In this document: piece by piece, positions 59,301 through 64,000 of the stretch | Layout: every line of letters starts with the position of its first letter | How positions within the stretch are numbered: the stretch's first letter is position 1 | Translations under genes and position numbers: made by a program | DNA from: Macrostomum hystrix | Lineage: Eukaryota; Animalia; Platyhelminthes | Length of the DNA stretch: 64,000 bases | Direction of reading: 5' to 3' | Assembly: GCA_950097015.1 (NCBI GenBank) | Contig: CATNEN010000002.1 | Span: 3,472,001-3,536,000 of the forward strand | Notes under the pieces: model-generated | What the model was told of the DNA's origin: nothing | Database searches by the model: none | Seen by the model: only the letters and a program-made list of their open reading frames with translations

Positions 59301-62300
59301 CTCACCCTCATAGATTCACAATCCCTGAAGTCTCACCTCAATAGATCCACAATCACTGAAGTCTCACCCTCATAGATTCACAATCCCTGAAGTCTCATTC
59401 TCATAGATTTACAATCCCTGAAGTCTCACCCTCATAGATTCACAATCCCTGAAGTCTCATTCTCATAGATTTACAATCCCTGAAGTCTCATTCTCATAGA
59501 TTTACAATCCCTGAAGTCTCATTCTCATAGATTTACAATCCCTGAAGTCTCATTCTCATAGATTTACAATCCCTGAAGTCTCACCCTCATAGATTCACAA
59601 TCCCTGAAGTCTCATTCTCATAGATTTACAATCCATGAAGTCTCACCCTCATAGATTCACAATCCCTGAAGTCTCACCCTCATAGATTCACAATCATTGA
59701 AATCACATTCTCATAGATTCACAATCCCTGAAGTCACACCTCAATAGATCCACAATCACTGAAGTCTCACCCTCATAGATTCACAATCCCTGAAGTCTCA
59801 CCATCATAGATTCACAATCCCTGAAGTCTCATTCTCATAGATTTACAATCCATGAAGTCACACCTCAATAGATCCACAATCACTGAAGTCTCACCATCAT
59901 AGATTCACAATCATTGAAATCACATTCTCATAGATTCACAATCCCTGAAGTCACACCTCAATAGATCCACAATCACTGAAGTCTCACCCTCATAGATTCA
60001 CAATCCCTGAAGTCTCACCTCAATAGATCCACAATCACTGAAGTCTCACCCTCATAGATTTACAATCCATGAAGTCTCACCATCATAGATTCACAATCCC
60101 TGAAGTCTCATTCTCATAGATTTACAATCCATGAAGTCTCATTCTCATAGATTTACAATCCCTGAAGTCTCATTCTCATAGATTTACAATCCATGAAGTC
60201 TCACCCTCATAGATTCACAATCCCTGAAGTCTCACCCTCATAGATTCACAATCATTGAAATCACATTCTCATAGATTCACAATCCCTGAAGTCACACCTC
60301 AATAGATCCACAATCACTGAAGTCTCACCCTCATAGATTCACAATCCCTGAAGTCTCACCCTCATAGATTCACAATCCCTGAAGTCACACCCTCATAGAT
60401 TCACAATTCCTGAAGTCACACCTCAATAGATCCACAATTCCTGAAGTCACATTCTCATAGATCCACAATCCCTGAAGTCTCATTCTCATAGATTCACAAT
60501 TCCTGAAGTCTCACCCTAATAGATTCACAATTCCTGAAGTCTCACCCTAATAGATTCACAATCCCTGAAGTCTCATCCTCATAGATTCACAATCCCTGAA
60601 GTAACATTCTCATAGATTCACAATCCCTGAATTCACACCCTCATAGATTCACAATCCCTGAATTCACACCCTCATATATTTACAATCCCTAAAGTGCATG
60701 TTCCAGTCTTGAATTTAGTTTGGAATAATAAAAAATGCATCGCTACATTGCAAGCAGGATCTGAGACAAAGAGAATCAGATTTAGCCCATAAATCACTTT
60801 CCCTGAGTTGGCCAACAGTTTGCTACATAGAAATGCTTTCTAGTGCTTTACTAACTCAAGCTTACAGATCTTCAAACAATCTTAAGCCTAGACTGACAGC
60901 TGCGTATGAATTCTCAGGCAATTCAGGCAATCTGTTTGCTTCTGATTGTTTCTCTTCTTGGAGCTTAATCCCATTTATAAATAGCCTGCTTCGTAACAAA
61001 CATTTATTTGCAGCCACGAAACGGTAATTTATACAACTTTACAAATGAAGAATAATGCGAAAAAGGCTACCTACACAGTTCGTTTGTCTACAGAACGGCT
61101 GTCAATCTTCTTAATATGTACTTTTGCGGCCTAATTATACTGGAATTGTTGGGTCGTCCTAAGGTATTTTACAGTTATTAGGATTTTTTGTAATCCTTAA
61201 AGGATTTTTAATTTTTAAGATAATTTAAGATCAAGTAAGCCCAGATGCGAAAATGAGGATTTCCAAATTAATCCCAAATCGGATTTAGGCTTCTAACAGG
61301 GAATTTCTACAGTAATCCCAGATGGGATAATGAGGATTTCCAAATTAATCCCAAATCAGATTTAGGCTTCTAACAGGGGATTTCTAAATTAATCCCAGAA
61401 GGGATAACGAGGATTTCCTAATTACTCCTAAATGAGATTTAGGCTTCTAACAGGGAATTTCTACAGTAATCCCAGATGGGATTCCAGACACAGAAGTTAA
61501 AAAGATCCTATAAAACAATGGCAAGCAGAAAACTGCAGTGGGATAGACTCACGCGGTGTAGGGGCGCCCTCCTGGTGCCGGCCATTGTACTGGTCCAGTG
61601 CTGTGAGGAAGGTTTTGGTGTTGCGAATATCCCACATCAGAATGCATCCGTCCAATCTAGGGCACAGGTTGGGAAATTGATGGAACAATTAATCAGATTA
61701 GGATAAGCCAATTAGCAAAAGTGAAGACACAGTAATTAATGATATAAGGCTAAATTGCCCCAGGTAAAATTGTCAATTTGTAAAATTTAAATACCTATTA
61801 ATCAAATGACAAAAAAAATCATGACTTTGAGGTTCCGAAACTGCCCGGGGGCGAATGGAATGAGAATTCTGTTGCTAAGTCAATACCTTAATTAGTCAAA
61901 CCTGCCCGCGTCTGAAGGGGTTACAGTCAACTATGCTGCAATAAGGGAACAGGTGCCATCAGACATCTCAAAATTATCATACGAAGTACAATGCACTCGA
62001 CGCGTTCTCTAAAAAAATTACACGATTGGGAATGAAAAAAACACATCCCAATAAAATCTTTTACAATACCCATATGAGCAATCTCCAACAATCCCAATGA
62101 GCAATCCTCCACAATCCTAATAAGCAATCCCCCACAATCCCAATGAGCAATCACCCACAATCCCAATGAGCAATCCTCCACAATCCTAATAAGAAATCCT
62201 CCACAATCCCAATGAGCAATCCTCCACAATCCTAATAAGCAATCCTCCACAATCCTAATAAGAAATCCTCCACAATCCCAATGAGCAATCCTCCACAATC

Positions 62301-63077
62301 CTAATAAGCAATCCCCCACAATCCCAATGAGCAATCCCCACAATCCCAATGAGCAATCCCCACAATCCCAATGAGAAACTTCAAACTATCCCAATGAGAA
62401 GTTCATCATAATCATAACAAGAAATCCCACACCCCCAATAAAAATATGCACACTATCCTTATGAGAAATCTCCCACTATCCCTGTAACGATTGCACATTG
62501 TTCCCAGCGTATGAAATCCGAACTCACCCTCCGCTAGCAAGCACATTTTCAGCTCTATTGGACCATCTGACACAGCTGACGGATTTCAGGTGCGCCCTCA
62601 GGGTGTGGGTTGAAGAGCCGATTAGCAAATCGATCAGCTGCACTTTCCCATCGCTAAGGGCAACGGCCACCAAGTTGTGACTAGTTGCGCAATTCGATAC
62701 GTGAATCTGGTTCACAGGCTGGGTGAATGCGACCTCGTCCGCTGCCTGACAGTACGATAATAAAATTTTAATATAAAATGCTAAATAGCCTACTAGCCAG
62801 TAGGTAAGTTTTGGCAAAATCTCAACAATAAAACATTCAAGAAAACGCACAGCACACCTTGGCACAGTTCGAGTCCCAGATTTTCACTCGCCGATCCAGG
62901 CCGGCTGTGAAGAAGGCGCCTGTGTCCACCGGGTACCAGCAGGCGCTGACGATGCCAGATTCGTGAGCGCGCGACAGGTGCAGACAGACTGGCACAATAC
63001 CGGTCTCACCAGCTGGGCCGGTGGCCGGACAGGTGTCATAGATAGATAGGCCACCGTCAGCGTGACCAGTTAGTAAG
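56340..63077 (-). CDS. ERCC8: DNA excision repair protein ERCC8 (Cockayne syndrome A, WD40), last five coding exons: 63077-62858, 62745-62528, 61656-61553, 59109-58787, 56555-56340; 5' exons lie beyond the window
   Basis: Canonical splice sites with consistent phases. Motifs match ERCC8: WYPVDTGAFFTAGLDRRVKIWDSN, LVAVALSDGKVQLIDL..GSSTHTL.AH, LMWDIR..KTFLTALDQYNG, TAHSGPVASLEFSPDGLHLLSMG, GHYNQVTAC..NPWSQELY, and an acidic C-terminus with DNWS. Confidence 0.93.
57060..57540. repeat. 31-bp minisatellite CAAACAGGAGCTTCAAAATCTCACCCTTCAA
   Basis: Directly visible. Confidence 0.93.
57960..58762. repeat. 21-bp minisatellite TATACTCAAAATCCTACTTTC
   Basis: Directly visible; gives the SRILSIE ORF. 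Confidence 0.95.
59240..60690. repeat. 31-bp minisatellite CACAATCCCTGAAGTCTCACCCTCATAGATT
   Basis: About 46 units in an ERCC8 intron. Confidence 0.95.
61250..61485. repeat. ~77-bp tandem repeat (3 units)
   Basis: GAGGATTTCC...GGATTTAGGCTTCTAACAGGG recurs at about 77-bp spacing. Confidence 0.8.
62070..62400. repeat. Degenerate ~21-bp repeat AGCAATCCTCCACAATCC(C/T)AAT
   Basis: Directly visible in an ERCC8 intron. Confidence 0.85.
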
Positions 63078-63239
63078 CTATACAAGCAAATGACGGGTGG
63101 AAGTGATGGAGGAATGGTTGGTCTACGCAAATTTAATACAGTATCTAGGTAAAGGCCATTAAGACCCAAAGAATGTACAAAATGGTCCTATGTACAAAAA
63201 AGCCCGTGATGATCCATAAAGAGGTGAATAAAATTCCTT

Positions 63240-64000
63240 AAAATCAGAGAATAGAATCCCTGAAGAATCAGAGAATAGAATCGCTGAAGAATCAGGGAAT
63301 AGAATCACTGAAGAATCAGAGAATAGAATCACTGAAGAATCAGAGAATAGAATCCCTGAAGAATCAGAGAATAGAATCCCTGAAGAATCAGGGAATAGAA
63401 TCACTGAAGAATCAGAGAATAGAATCACTGAAGAATCAGAGAATAGAATCACTGAAGAATCAGAGAATAGAATCACTTAAGAATCAGAGAATAGAATCAC
63501 TGAAGAATCAGAGAATAGAATCCCTGAAGAATCAGGGAATAGAATCACTGAAGAATCAGAGAATAGAATCACTTAAGAATCAGAGAATAGAATCACTTAA
63601 GAATCAGAGAATAGAATCGCTGAAGAATCAGAGAATAGAATCACTGAAGAATCAGAGAATAGAATCACTGAAGAATCAGAGAATAGAATCACTGAAGAAT
63701 CAGAGAATAGAATCGCTGAAGAATCAGAGAATAGAATCACTGAAGAATCAGAGTATAGAATCACTGAAGAATCAGAGAATAGAATCACTGAAGAATCAGA
63801 GAATAGAATCATTGAAGAATCAGAGAATAGAATCGCTGAAGAATCAGAGAATAGAATCACTGAAGAATCAGAGAATAGAATCGCTGAAGAATCAGAGAAT
63901 AGAATCACTGAAGAATCAGAGTATAGAATCACTGAAGAATCAGAGAATAGAATCACTGAAGAATCAGAGAATAGAATCATTGAAGAATCAGAGAATAGAA
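63240..64000. repeat. 24-bp minisatellite GAAGAATCAGAGAATAGAATCACT, running off the window end
   Basis: Directly visible; gives the ILFSDSSV ORFs. Confidence 0.96.

Overview
Eukaryotic (metazoan) genomic DNA with GC-rich exons, CAG-rich coding tracts and introns full of minisatellites. The style suggests a free-living flatworm such as Macrostomum lignano, but that is inference only. Genes supported by manual splicing and motif reading are: (1) an intronless secreted C-type-lectin + 4 Ig contactin-like gene (+, 3266-5185), apparently nested in an intron of an unrecognised antisense multi-exon gene (-, about 1793-8566); (2) a 4-exon LHFPL/LHFP tetraspan gene with a long polyQ tail (+, 12860-29963); (3) a 9-exon PAP2-family lipid phosphate phosphatase-related gene lacking both catalytic histidines (-, 39015-43750); (4) an intronless class A GPCR (-, 51539-52831); (5) the last five coding exons of ERCC8/CSA (-, 56340-63077). 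Mobile DNA comprises an intact DD34D mariner with TIRs and TA TSD, a 5'-truncated RNase H-bearing LINE between CAG and CGG tracts, a tRNA-derived SINE family with a CORE-like domain, and a second SINE family. About 30 tandem arrays occupy a large share of the window and generate most of the long ORFs in the supplied track. No CRISPR, rRNA or true tRNA gene was found.
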